Shown here piece after piece: positions 1 to 9,313 of a stretch of DNA of 64,000 nt. A model generated the notes under the pieces. That model was not told where the DNA came from. It was given only the letters and a program-made list of their open reading frames with translations, and did not search any database. A program made the position numbers and the translations under genes. How positions within the stretch are numbered: position 1 is the stretch's first letter; each line of letters opens with the position of its first letter. The DNA comes from Thermodesulfobacteriota bacterium (lineage in GTDB: Bacteria; Desulfobacterota_D; UBA1144; Nemesobacterales; JAJCZQ01). Where the stretch lies: NCBI GenBank assembly GCA_965215275.1, contig OZ244044.1:1440001-1504000 (forward strand). The letters run 5' to 3'.

Positions 1-2
1 GA

Positions 3-1463
3 AGGTCAGAGGTACTGACGGACAACGAACTCATTGAGTTCAGGTACAGCGGGAGGCCGGCTGCTTTTTTAAGAGGTTTCAAGGCTTTTTATTTTTCCAC
101 TATATTTAACTTTATCGTTATAGGGTGGGTAGTATCAGCAATGTCAAAAGTTCTTGGAGTGTTCTTTGGTATTGACAAGGTTTATGCTGTAACGGTATGT
201 CTGGGTATTGCCTTTTTCTACACAATGCTCTCGGGGCTCTGGGGTGTTGTCGTAACCGATTTTATCCAGTACTTTCTGGCACTTGTCGGGACCGTTCTTC
301 TTGCCGTTATTGTGGTGAACTCTCCGGAAATAGGTGGTTATTCTTCATTTATTGAAAAGCTAAATGATATTGACGGTAAACATTTGAAGATGTTTATATC
401 TTCATGCGACACCTGTAATGAGACAGGTTTTATATCGTCTGATCTGTTTACTTTTCTGATATTTGTCACGGTTGTTTGGTGGTCTTCTCATAATGCTGAT
501 GGAGGTGGATATTTTATTCAGAGGTTTTTATCTGCAAAGAATGAAAAACATGCTGTTTTGGGAATGATCTGGTTTGTATTTAATCACTACATAGTGAGGT
601 TCTGGCCATGGGTTGTTGTGGCAGTTGCATCGCTGATCGTATATCCAGTCCCTGAAGTTACCTCGGGAGATCAGGAGACCATTTACGTCTTGATGATAAG
701 AGAGTTTTTAGGTCCTGGATTAAAAGGACTGTTACTCGTGACGTTCATTGCGGCGTTTATGTCCACCATCTCGACGCAGCTCAACCTGGGTGCATCCTAT
801 TTGCTGAACGATGTTTACAGGAGGTTTATTAATAAAAACGGTTCTGATGCCCACTACGTTTCAGCATCCAGACTCCTTACCTTTTTGCTAACAGTTGTAT
901 CGGGGATCATAGCTTTTCAGATCAAGAATATCGGAGACGCATGGATATTTGTCTGGGCAATGAGTTCCGGTATAGGGTTAGTTCTGATATTGAGATGGTT
1001 TTGGTGGAGAATAAACGCATGGTCGGAAATAGCTGCACTTTCATCGTCTCTGTTCTCAATTCTGCTCATTATAGTTTTTACCAGATACATGGGATATGAT
1101 CTGGAGTTTAAATATCAGGTGCTTGTGATCCCTATATCTATAACGTGCTGGGTTATTGCCACGTTTGTAACGGCTCCCGAACCGAAAGAGAAGCTCGGAG
1201 AGTTCTATCAGAAGGTCAGACCTTGGGGGTTCTGGTCGCCGATTTCAAGTATAAGGCCTGAGGTCAGGGTGTCTTCTTTCTTCCCGGTATTGATCAATTG
1301 GCTTCTGGGAAACTGTGCAGTGATCGCCGCATTAACTGGAACTGGTAAGGTAATCTTTGGAAAATTTAATGAAGGTGTTCTTTTGATAGCTTTATCTTTG
1401 TTTGTATCATCGGTACTTTTCTTTCGCTTAAAGAAAGATTTTTCTGGTTCTGATGTTAAATAA
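3..1463 (+). CDS. Sodium:solute symporter family protein, 5' end outside the window
   Basis: Frame open from base 3 (RSEVLTDNELIEFRYSG...AAFLRGFKA); many TM segments; SSS motifs SGLWGVVVTDFIQ, QRFLSAKNE, AAFMSTISTQLN. Confidence 0.85.
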   Translation, partial: RSEVLTDNELIEFRYSGRPAAFLRGFKAFYFSTIFNFIVIGWVVSAMSKVLGVFFGIDKVYAVTVCLGIAFFYTMLSGLWGVVVTDFIQYFLALVGTVLLAVIVVNSPEIGGYSSFIEKLNDIDGKHLKMFISSCDTCNETGFISSDLFTFLIFVTVVWWSSHNADGGGYFIQRFLSAKNEKHAVLGMIWFVFNHYIVRFWPWVVVAVASLIVYPVPEVTSGDQETIYVLMIREFLGPGLKGLLLVTFIAAFMSTISTQLNLGASYLLNDVYRRFINKNGSDAHYVSASRLLTFLLTVVSGIIAFQIKNIGDAWIFVWAMSSGIGLVLILRWFWWRINAWSEIAALSSSLFSILLIIVFTRYMGYDLEFKYQVLVIPISITCWVIATFVTAPEPKEKLGEFYQKVRPWGFWSPISSIRPEVRVSSFFPVLINWLLGNCAVIAALTGTGKVIFGKFNEGVLLIALSLFVSSVLFFRLKKDFSGSDVK

Positions 1464-1496
1464 TGGAATTATATAGTTAAGTTGACAAGAAAGAAC

Positions 1497-1525
1497 TTGT
1501 AAAATTGGTCAGAAAATGGTAGTAT
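1497..1525 (+). promoter_or_regulatory. Putative sigma70 promoter of tnpB (probably leaderless mRNA)
   Basis: TTGTAA (1497-1502), 17 bp, TAGTAT (1520-1525) with TG extension; ATG 6 nt after the -10 box. Confidence 0.45.
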
Positions 1526-1531
1526 TATAGC

Positions 1532-2755
1532 ATGGTTAGAACGATTACAAGAACTGTAAAGGCAGATAGTGGTTTTCATAAAAGGCTGGATGAATTCTTA
1601 AATCAGCTTACCGATCTGTATAACAGTGCCTTGTACCATAGGTTAAAATCCTGGGATTGGTATGGAAGAACTATCTCTAAATACGAACAGTTTAACGAAC
1701 TAACTGAGGTCCGAGAGCAAGACAAGGGATTTGAAAAGTTTAATGCGGTAGCTCAAAGAAGCGTTCTGGAAAGACTGGATAATGCATATAGTCCTTATTT
1801 GAGCTATTTAAGGAATAAAAAAGCAGGTAAGAAGGTAAGGAAGGTTGGCAGACCTAAATATAAAAGTTCAAACAGACCAGTTCGTTCATTTGAAACAAAC
1901 AATTATAAAAACATAAAGAAGACAGGCAGAAGAACATATTTAACGATAAAGGGACTTGGCAGATTATCTTTCAAAGGTAGTATGCCAGAGTGTGTTTGTT
2001 TGAAAGCACCTAAAACAATAATAAGAGTAATTCAAAGTTCGTTAAGAATTAAGCTCCAGTTTCTGTGTGAGTTTACAGATGAGAAGAAGAGACCTTTGGA
2101 TAAATCCATAGGGATAGATCTTGGAATAACAAACAGATTAGCTTTTTCAGATGGAACTAAAGTTCCCGGTATCAGGATAGACAGGAAGGAACTGAAAAGA
2201 AAGCAAAGAATTGTTTCAAGAGCGGTAAAAGGTTCTGACAGCAGAAAGAAGAAAGTTTTATCGTTAGCGAAGGAATGGGAACGAACTACCGATCGTGAAA
2301 ATAATGCTATACACAGATTAACAACAGAGACCGTAAAGAAGAGTAATCATATAAAATTAGAGGATTTGAATATACAAGGAATGGTAAAGAACCATCATCT
2401 TGCTAAATCCATAACGGAACAGCAATGGGGTAAGATCAAACATCAACTTGCTTACAAAGCCGAGATAGCTGGAGGCAAGCTGGTTTTAGTTAAAGCTCAT
2501 TATACAACAAGAGCCTGTTCTGAATGTGGAAAGATAAATCCAAAACTGCCTTTGTATCAAAGAGTATTTAACTGTATATATTGCGGTTATTCAGAAGACA
2601 GGGATATAAATGCAGGTAAAAATATCAATACTCTTAATGAAGGAGACTTCATGTCGGGCGGGAATAAGGTAGCAATACTCCCGATGAGTGCTAAGAGTAT
2701 CAGATCAAAAGAGAACAGGGATAGAGGAACTCTGCACTCAGAACAGTATAGGTAA
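1532..2755 (+). CDS. tnpB: RNA-guided endonuclease TnpB (IS200/IS605 OrfB-like), 407 aa
   Basis: RuvC-I IGIDLG, RuvC-II KLEDL, zinc ribbon CSEC...CIYC, RuvC-III DRDINA; all three catalytic acidic residues present; no tnpA nearby. Confidence 0.93.
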   Translation: MVRTITRTVKADSGFHKRLDEFLNQLTDLYNSALYHRLKSWDWYGRTISKYEQFNELTEVREQDKGFEKFNAVAQRSVLERLDNAYSPYLSYLRNKKAGKKVRKVGRPKYKSSNRPVRSFETNNYKNIKKTGRRTYLTIKGLGRLSFKGSMPECVCLKAPKTIIRVIQSSLRIKLQFLCEFTDEKKRPLDKSIGIDLGITNRLAFSDGTKVPGIRIDRKELKRKQRIVSRAVKGSDSRKKKVLSLAKEWERTTDRENNAIHRLTTETVKKSNHIKLEDLNIQGMVKNHHLAKSITEQQWGKIKHQLAYKAEIAGGKLVLVKAHYTTRACSECGKINPKLPLYQRVFNCIYCGYSEDRDINAGKNINTLNEGDFMSGGNKVAILPMSAKSIRSKENRDRGTLHSEQYR

Positions 2756-2802
2756 GTTTGTCTACTTAACTATATAATTCCCTTAAATAAGTTCATCTTA
2801 TG
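2650..2802 (+). ncRNA. Predicted TnpB omegaRNA scaffold overlapping the tnpB 3' end, plus about 20 nt putative guide from the flank; boundaries approximate
   Basis: Stems TGAGTGC(2685-91)/GCACTCA(2734-40) and 2747-2774; conserved with compensatory or G-U changes at 44830-44963; canonical omegaRNA position. Confidence 0.65.
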
Positions 2803-2822
2803 TGTTAAATTAAATACTGATC

Positions 2823-3416
2823 ATGGCTATAAAAGTAAAAGAAGTTCAACCGCCAAAACTCAGTTTTTTTGAGAAGTTGTATTTTCCACAGATATTTGGG
2901 GGTTTATGGATTACTTTGAAGCACCTTTTGGGATTTAACCCTATCACGGTTCAGTATCCGGAAGAGGTGAAAGAGCTTCCTCCAAATTATAGAGGTCTTC
3001 ACATTATGCCTGGTGATGATAATGGAGAGATCAGGTGTGTAGCATGTAAGTTGTGTGAAGTAGCTTGTCCGACGCAGGCAATATCGATCGTTGCTGAAGC
3101 TGCCGATGATTACGGGATTGAAAGACGACCTAAGGTATATAACATAGATTTTATGCGCTGCGTCTTTTGTGGTTTTTGCGTTGAGGCATGTCCGTGCGAT
3201 GCTTTAAGAATGGGTATGAAATATGAACTTGCGGCTTACAGCAGGGCAGGTCTTGTTCATACTAAAGAAGTTTTCTTTACCCCTAATGTCAAAAGTGATG
3301 CTCCTAGAGATAACGCAAACTACTTGTACGAGATGCAAAAAGGGGATATTTTGGATAATTTTGACATTGTTGAAAAAGTTAAGGAACTAGATGGGAAATA
3401 TCTACGCAAGTTGTGA
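2823..3416 (+). CDS. nuoI: NADH-quinone oxidoreductase subunit I
   Basis: TVQYPEE, CVACKLCEVACP and CVFCGFCVEACP 4Fe-4S motifs. Confidence 0.93.
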   Translation: MAIKVKEVQPPKLSFFEKLYFPQIFGGLWITLKHLLGFNPITVQYPEEVKELPPNYRGLHIMPGDDNGEIRCVACKLCEVACPTQAISIVAEAADDYGIERRPKVYNIDFMRCVFCGFCVEACPCDALRMGMKYELAAYSRAGLVHTKEVFFTPNVKSDAPRDNANYLYEMQKGDILDNFDIVEKVKELDGKYLRKL

Positions 3417-3417
3417 A

Positions 3418-4774
3418 GTTGTGAATAGCGGGCAGGTTTCAGTCAGTTACAATGGAGGAACAAAATGAGTATAGCAAACAACGGTTGTGAATAGCGGGCA
3501 GGTTTCAGTCAGTTACAATTAATTCCAGTAATAGAACTATCAGATACTTGTTGTGAATAGCGGGCAGGTTTCAGTCAGTTACAATGGTCCGCAGACGAGA
3601 TGCTAAAGGGGATCGAGTTGTGAATAGCGGGCAGGTTTCAGTCAGTTACAATACGAGCTGCAATGATGACTACGGCAATGAAGTTGTGAATAGCGGGCAG
3701 GTTTCAGTCAGTTACAATAAATGGAAAGAGAGTCACCGGCAATAACCGGTTGTGAATAGCGGGCAGGTTTCAGTCAGTTACAATTTTGGATGAACGGAGA
3801 GGAAGTCCCGAACGTTGTGAATAGCGGGCAGGTTTCAGTCAGTTACAATTTATCCGGATGCGTTTAACAATGGAGCGCCGTTGTGAATAGCGGGCAGGTT
3901 TCAGTCAGTTACAATTCTCTGCGGTAAGGTCAAACACATCATACTGTTGTGAATAGCGGGCAGGTTTCAGTCAGTTACAATAAATAACCGCGACTGTCTT
4001 TTCTTTCTTTAGTTGTGAATAGCGGGCAGGTTTCAGTCAGTTACAATCATCTTTTTTGATTATATCATACTCCTTTAGTTGTGAATAGCGGGCAGGTTTC
4101 AGTCAGTTACAATGTTTTAATCGTGGACGCATCATGCGCAGGTGTTGTGAATAGCGGGCAGGTTTCAGTCAGTTACAATAGTTATCCGTTTCGTCTATGT
4201 AGAGCGTGTGGTTGTGAATAGCGGGCAGGTTTCAGTCAGTTACAATTCGTCGTGCTCGCTGTGTCCTGGCTCTTCGTTGTGAATAGCGGGCAGGTTTCAG
4301 TCAGTTACAATGGCACTATTCAACCCCGCTTTCAACAATAGGTTGTGAATAGCGGGCAGGTTTCAGTCAGTTACAATTGGCGAGTTATTTATCTCCATGG
4401 CGGGAGTTGTTGTGAATAGCGGGCAGGTTTCAGTCAGTTACAATGCGTCCCGGCTCCAATGGAATAACTATAAAGTTGTGAATAGCGGGCAGGTTTCAGT
4501 CAGTTACAATAAAGGATGCTTTACAAACTTGGGACTTAAAGTTGTGAATAGCGGGCAGGTTTCAGTCAGTTACAATATAATCCTTGTCTGTTACGTTGTA
4601 ACTCTGGTTGTGAATAGCGGGCAGGTTTCAGTCAGTTACAATACGTTCTTCCATTCTAATACCCTCCCGGTTGTTGTGAATAGCGGGCAGGTTTCAGTCA
4701 GTTACAATAGCGACTCAATGTTCATGGGTCGGCCGGAAGTTGTGAATAGCGGGCAGGTTTCAGTCAGTTACAAT
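3418..4774 (+). CRISPR. Type II-C CRISPR array, 21 identical 36-bp repeats and 20 spacers of 29-31 bp
   Basis: Repeat GTTGTGAATAGCGGGCAGGTTTCAGTCAGTTACAAT, first 3418-3453, last 4739-4774; + orientation inferred from G-U wobbles with the anti-repeat. Confidence 0.98.
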
Positions 4775-4824
4775 ACTTTGCCCGCAACTGCCCTGCCAGC
4801 AAGGGGTTGAGCTTCCCCAACAAA

Positions 4825-5154
4825 TTAAAAAAGAGATATTTGTTGGGGAGTTCTCTCTGGTTTTCTGTGTTTTTTTCCATAAAAAACTTGCATTCGTCCA
4901 AATTGTTTATCCGTTATAGTAATAACTCTAACTTCTCCACGAGGGGGTAAGGCATCTCTGATACGTCCTGAATGAACATAGGCGTTTTCCTCGCTTGCAC
5001 AATGTCTAGCATATACGGAAAACTGCATCATTATAAATCCATCTTGCATTAATGACTTTCTGAATTTTCCATAAGACCGTCTTGCCTGTTTTGTATCGGT
5101 TGGCAGGTCAAACATTACTATTACCCACAAAGTCCTATATCCTCCGAAAGCCAA
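4825..5154 (-). CDS. cas2: CRISPR-associated endonuclease Cas2
   Basis: WVIVMFDLPT...FRKSLMQDGFIMMQFSVYAR; between cas1 and the array. Confidence 0.95.
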   Translation of the reverse strand: MAFGGYRTLWVIVMFDLPTDTKQARRSYGKFRKSLMQDGFIMMQFSVYARHCASEENAYVHSGRIRDALPPRGEVRVITITDKQFGRMQVFYGKKHRKPERTPQQISLF

Positions 5155-5157
5155 TTC

Positions 5158-6066
5158 TTACACCTCAATTCTCATCTGTTTGTTATCTATCAGTTCCGGA
5201 ATTTTCAATGCACTGGGTCCCTCCGAAAATGCTTTCTTCAAACTGACTGCCATGTGCTGGTTCGCGACTATCATGGGGAATTTGGCTGTTTCAAGCCGGA
5301 CATTTTCTGATAAAATGGACAGAAGTGATAATTTTGTCTTTTTGTCAAGTTCAGATATTCCAGATTCTTTCAATTCATAGACTTTTCTATCAACAAGAGG
5401 CCTTAATGGTTCCATTAGATCATCAGCGAGGCACATAGGGTTATATTGATTATGGTGATGAATGCCAAGTGCGGGATGAAGTCCAGTTCCACACAAAGAT
5501 CGGGCAACTGATGCCCTGACCAAGCTGTATCCATAGTTTAGTAAGGAGTTTATTCCGCCTTCTTTGTAATTTCTTGTAAAACCTTTGCCAAACAGTTTTA
5601 ACCAATATATTCTTGCCGCTTGTGCCTCTATATTTTCAGTGTCGCCACTTTTTATTCTTTTCTTCATTTTGGATAGAGGAGAAGGGTCTTTTTTTAAAAA
5701 AGATAAAGTTCGGGCTTGAGCTTCAGTTTTGGCAATTATTATTTTCTGCCAGAGTCGTTTTTTCAGTGGTTTTTTAACACTGGTTTGCATATTAAGAACT
5801 TTGCTGTGGGTGGAATTGCTGGCAATGGGCAATAAGATGGAAACCGGTAAATGTTTCTGGTCGCAGAAGACTATTGTGCAGTTGTTTTCCTGACACGATG
5901 CTATAAGACTTTGAGAAATTGTAATTGAAGGGTTAGCAAGTACCAATATACCCATGTCTTCTACGGGAACACTGCTATCATCCTCTCCTTCTTTTTTGAT
6001 GATCATCTGATAATTTCTCAGATGCAGGTGAGCGGGATTGCTAACCTCAATAATTCTTTTGATCAT
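5158..6066 (-). CDS. cas1: Type II CRISPR-associated endonuclease Cas1
   Basis: EAQAARIYW, NSLLNYGYSLVR, LGIHH, LADDLMEPLRP. Confidence 0.96.
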   Translation of the reverse strand: MIKRIIEVSNPAHLHLRNYQMIIKKEGEDDSSVPVEDMGILVLANPSITISQSLIASCQENNCTIVFCDQKHLPVSILLPIASNSTHSKVLNMQTSVKKPLKKRLWQKIIIAKTEAQARTLSFLKKDPSPLSKMKKRIKSGDTENIEAQAARIYWLKLFGKGFTRNYKEGGINSLLNYGYSLVRASVARSLCGTGLHPALGIHHHNQYNPMCLADDLMEPLRPLVDRKVYELKESGISELDKKTKLSLLSILSENVRLETAKFPMIVANQHMAVSLKKAFSEGPSALKIPELIDNKQMRIEV

Positions 6067-9000
6067 TGGGGTGTTAAATTTTTGGAGATTAGGTGACCAA
6101 TAGCATTTAAGGATTCTTTTTTTACTTTATACTCTGCCATTAATGTGGAAGGTGATTTTGCCAGTTCCAGCCTCTTTTTTTCATCAAGAGGGAGTTTTTT
6201 GAAATCTTTGTCACTTCTTCCGTCTGTATGTATTCGTAATAACAGCTTAATACATTCTCCATTCTTTCCTCTATCAATTTTTCTTACTCTGTAGAAAAAT
6301 TTTTGTCCATCTTTTTGCACACTTACCATGTCGTTTATACATAAGGACATAATCAACTTCCAATCTTCTCCATGATCATTTTTTACGATTGGAGTTTTAT
6401 GAATTCTTATCCGCTTTGCAACTTCCATCGTAGTTACAACTTCACCTTTGAATTTCCCGGTTTTTTTGTTTTTTATAATTTCCACATGGTGATTGTTTCC
6501 ATAGATCATTACACCCAATATTTTTGCATTGTTTTCAATTTTTCTTTGACAATAAGATTGTTCATAAAATTCTTTTGTTCTCCAAACTCTTGCCCGCCGG
6601 ACAATATCTCCTGTTTTAGGATGTTTAAAAGGGTCTTCTTCTAATTTTTTTTGAGCAGTATTTAATCCACCTCTCATATTAACATAGGTTTCAAAACCTT
6701 CCTTGATTACCGGACATAGTATGTTTTTAAGGTCTTTATCCGTCATGTCAGTCAGATTTTTACGGACAACAATACCTGTCTTACCATTCTCTTTTCTTAT
6801 TCCATAAACCGTTTCTTCATGAAGTGCCCCCGTCAGTTTTCTGTTTGTCGAATGTGAAACGATCATTTGCTTTACAGCGTCTCCCAAACCCTCTCTAATA
6901 TCGTCAAGAGGTGGAGGGACTTCTATACCGTGTTCTGAAGGTATAGAAGCATCATCTGCCTTTGATGCAAGATGAACTATTTGTTTGTATAAACTGCGAT
7001 TTGTAAGTGCAATTACGGTTGCGTCAATTGCATGGTGTCTGTGATCCGTGCGTTCCTTTTTTTCAGTATCACCGAGAATACTGTTTAATCCCCACTGATG
7101 CCGAAGCCAGCCTGTTGCCCCACCTTTTGTGAACGTTACATCACAGCCAAGGGTTCTCATATATTTGCCAGTTTCTTTTGCAATGTAGCGTGCGTCGCTC
7201 AGTTGATTGTTGATAAAATCATCATCAATTTCTTCTGCCTGAATGTTTTTACGTTTTTTAGCAGGATAATTGTCGTTTGTTATTATGCCTTCAATAGTGT
7301 CCCACTGTGGCGTTTCTCCAAATGCTTCCCAAGGCGTTCTGTTGCCCTTCTTTTGGTTTTCTTCGGCTAAACACAAGACTTTGTTCATGTAAGAATTGTC
7401 AAGGGTTCTGCTGTATGGAAGTATATGATCTACTTCGGTCTCATGTGTCCATAAGGTTGTTAATTTGATTATTTTTCCGCTGTAGGAGCATTTCAACTCA
7501 CTTTCTTTCCACAACCTGTATTTTAATTTATCCTCATAATTTATATTTTCTCTGAGAGATAGATGAGGATTTTGTTCACGGATTTCTTTGTATCGTTCCT
7601 CTGCTTCCTCATTTGCCTTTGTGTTATCCTTTTGTGTTTGCAAATATCTTTTATACCTTTCGGTGTTCATTTCCAGGTCTCGTGCCATTTCTATACGTAT
7701 CGCGTTTGGTTTTCCATATTCCTTGATAATTGCATTTACAACGCGGCGAACTTCAAAAAGAGCTTTGGTAACTATAGGATTTGGGATAAAGGGTATTTCC
7801 CTAAGGATGTCTTTGTTGGCAGTTATAGGTTTCGTGATACCTTCGTATCCAGCGAGTTGAACGGCACCTTTTTCTTCAGTAAGTTCGCTTTCCTTATGAT
7901 AAACTCTGCCTTCTTTGAGATAAGGGAGGATTTTGTTAACTGCTTTCAACGATAGATTCCCATGCCCATTCTCCAGTTCCAGAACTGCAAGTTTTACTGC
8001 TTTTTCCAAGTCAAAATTCCAGTGATTTTTGAGTCGTTCTTTCAGTCCTTTTTTGGATTTGTAAGAAATCAGGTCTTCAACGAGCTGTTTCTGTTTTTCT
8101 TCGTTCCAAGAATCCCATTCATCTCCGATAATTTTCCTTATTTTACAAGCCGTTGTGTTTCCCTTGATACCTTTCCTGTTTTTTCCTTCGACTTTTTCCA
8201 GATTGAATTTCGTTTTCTTTTTCAGATCAAGCAGGTCCTTCTTTTTCAGAGCTGCCCATGTAAGACTTTCGTTCTTTTCCAGAGCTGCAGCTATCAGTTT
8301 TTTCTTCTCTAAAGTTGGCTTCACGTCTGTTTCCCCTGTCTCAAAGTCAAACCAGCTCAAATTGTTTATATCCTGCCAGTAGCGAAACTGTTGAAACTCC
8401 AGCCGTCCGAGATGAACTCTTTTTCTGCTTGGTTCAAGTGAACATTTCCCTATTGTTTTTCTGTCCCATTTTATTGGTCTTTGAAAAAATATAATTTTTT
8501 CAATAGCTTCTTTTATCTCTTTTGTGTAAAGGTTTGGATTGAGAGATGATTGTTTCGCAAAGATTTTGTCAAGCTCATCCTGATACATTTTTCTTTCTGT
8601 TCTTCGGTCGTGAAATTTTCCTCTGTTGCGTTTGCGGGACAACGTTGCAAGGTATTCCCCGACGGTTCTCATTCCTGCTTCTTCCATTTTTTCATAGAGT
8701 TCTGTAATATCTTTTTTGAAATCACTTTCTTCTTTATCGGATGGTTTTGCAGCATCAACTTCATCTTCCCTATCAAGAAATTCCTGCACTTCAGTATCTT
8801 CTCGCAGATCTCCAAATCCTGTCTTGCGACTGCTGAGAAATCCACGGCGTGTTCCCATGTGCAGTATCGCACGGCCAAATTCATAGGGTGACAGTTCTTC
8901 GTCCAGTGCTTTTGCCCTTATACGGTAAGGGTCTCCAAGTTCGTTAAGTTCAACTTCAGGACTGGGTTTTCCTTTAAGGGTATCAGGTAAAAATCCTTTG

Positions 9001-9254
9001 CTTATGAGATAGTTTCTCAAACGCGTCTTGCGTCTGTGGCGTCTTTCTATAACCCTTCTCATAAGACGCATATTGCGCCGCTTCTGATTTTTCGGAGTGG
9101 GTGTTTTATCTTCTACCGAACGGATAAATATGCGGCTTCCACAGTCAATTAGTTTTTCAGGTTTTCCATCTTGTTCCTCAACGACGCTCCAGCCGATGGA
9201 GTTCGTTCCCATGTCAATGCCCACCGAATACTCTTTCAGTTTGTTTTTTCCCAA
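6063..9254 (-). CDS. cas9: Type II-C Cas9, 1063 aa (TTG start)
   Basis: RuvC-I GIDMGTNSIGW, Arg-rich bridge helix, HNH EVDHILPYSRTLDNSYMNKVL, RuvC-III HRHHAIDA; no csn2 or cas4 in the locus. Confidence 0.97.
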   Translation of the reverse strand: MGKNKLKEYSVGIDMGTNSIGWSVVEEQDGKPEKLIDCGSRIFIRSVEDKTPTPKNQKRRNMRLMRRVIERRHRRKTRLRNYLISKGFLPDTLKGKPSPEVELNELGDPYRIRAKALDEELSPYEFGRAILHMGTRRGFLSSRKTGFGDLREDTEVQEFLDREDEVDAAKPSDKEESDFKKDITELYEKMEEAGMRTVGEYLATLSRKRNRGKFHDRRTERKMYQDELDKIFAKQSSLNPNLYTKEIKEAIEKIIFFQRPIKWDRKTIGKCSLEPSRKRVHLGRLEFQQFRYWQDINNLSWFDFETGETDVKPTLEKKKLIAAALEKNESLTWAALKKKDLLDLKKKTKFNLEKVEGKNRKGIKGNTTACKIRKIIGDEWDSWNEEKQKQLVEDLISYKSKKGLKERLKNHWNFDLEKAVKLAVLELENGHGNLSLKAVNKILPYLKEGRVYHKESELTEEKGAVQLAGYEGITKPITANKDILREIPFIPNPIVTKALFEVRRVVNAIIKEYGKPNAIRIEMARDLEMNTERYKRYLQTQKDNTKANEEAEERYKEIREQNPHLSLRENINYEDKLKYRLWKESELKCSYSGKIIKLTTLWTHETEVDHILPYSRTLDNSYMNKVLCLAEENQKKGNRTPWEAFGETPQWDTIEGIITNDNYPAKKRKNIQAEEIDDDFINNQLSDARYIAKETGKYMRTLGCDVTFTKGGATGWLRHQWGLNSILGDTEKKERTDHRHHAIDATVIALTNRSLYKQIVHLASKADDASIPSEHGIEVPPPLDDIREGLGDAVKQMIVSHSTNRKLTGALHEETVYGIRKENGKTGIVVRKNLTDMTDKDLKNILCPVIKEGFETYVNMRGGLNTAQKKLEEDPFKHPKTGDIVRRARVWRTKEFYEQSYCQRKIENNAKILGVMIYGNNHHVEIIKNKKTGKFKGEVVTTMEVAKRIRIHKTPIVKNDHGEDWKLIMSLCINDMVSVQKDGQKFFYRVRKIDRGKNGECIKLLLRIHTDGRSDKDFKKLPLDEKKRLELAKSPSTLMAEYKVKKESLNAIGHLISKNLTPQ

Positions 9255-9277
9255 TTTCTCATTCCTGTAAAAAAGAT

Positions 9278-9313
9278 TTGACTATATGTTTCAGTTCACA
9301 TAATATTATAACA
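9278..9313. promoter_or_regulatory. Overlapping divergent promoters for tracrRNA (+) and cas9 (-)
   Basis: Plus strand TTGACT(9278-83), 17 bp, TAATAT(9301-06); minus strand extended -10 TGTTATAAT (9313-9305). Confidence 0.6.

Larger units (their letters stand above)
1464..2782 (+). mobile_element. Non-autonomous TIR element carrying only tnpB (IS1595/ISNwi-like ends, 8-bp TSD)
   Basis: Left GGAATTATATAGTTAAGTTGACAA (1465-1488) vs right 2758-2781 reverse complement GGAATTATATAGTTAAGTAGACAA (23/24); TTAAATAA directly repeated at 1456-1463 and 2783-2790. Confidence 0.85.

Noticed and set aside
3454..4738. Self-targeting spacers or spacers against the TIR elements
   Set aside because: No match noticed by eye; an exhaustive search could not be run, so nothing is claimed.
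1532..4774. TnpB as a Cas12-like effector using the nearby CRISPR array
   Set aside because: The array is explained by Cas9 with a matching tracrRNA, nuoI lies between them, and tnpB has its own ends and predicted omegaRNA.
3418..4774. Neisseria-type extended -10 promoter in each repeat
   Set aside because: Repeats end in AGTTACAAT: TACAAT is present but the TG extension is absent, so internal promoters are not supported from sequence alone.
4397..4810. 137-aa repetitive ORF (VVNSGQVSVSYN)
   Set aside because: Translation of 66-bp CRISPR repeat-spacer units.
6372..8891. Several plus-strand ORFs opposite cas9, and similar antisense ORFs across the window
   Set aside because: Shadow ORFs of well-supported genes with no recognisable motifs.
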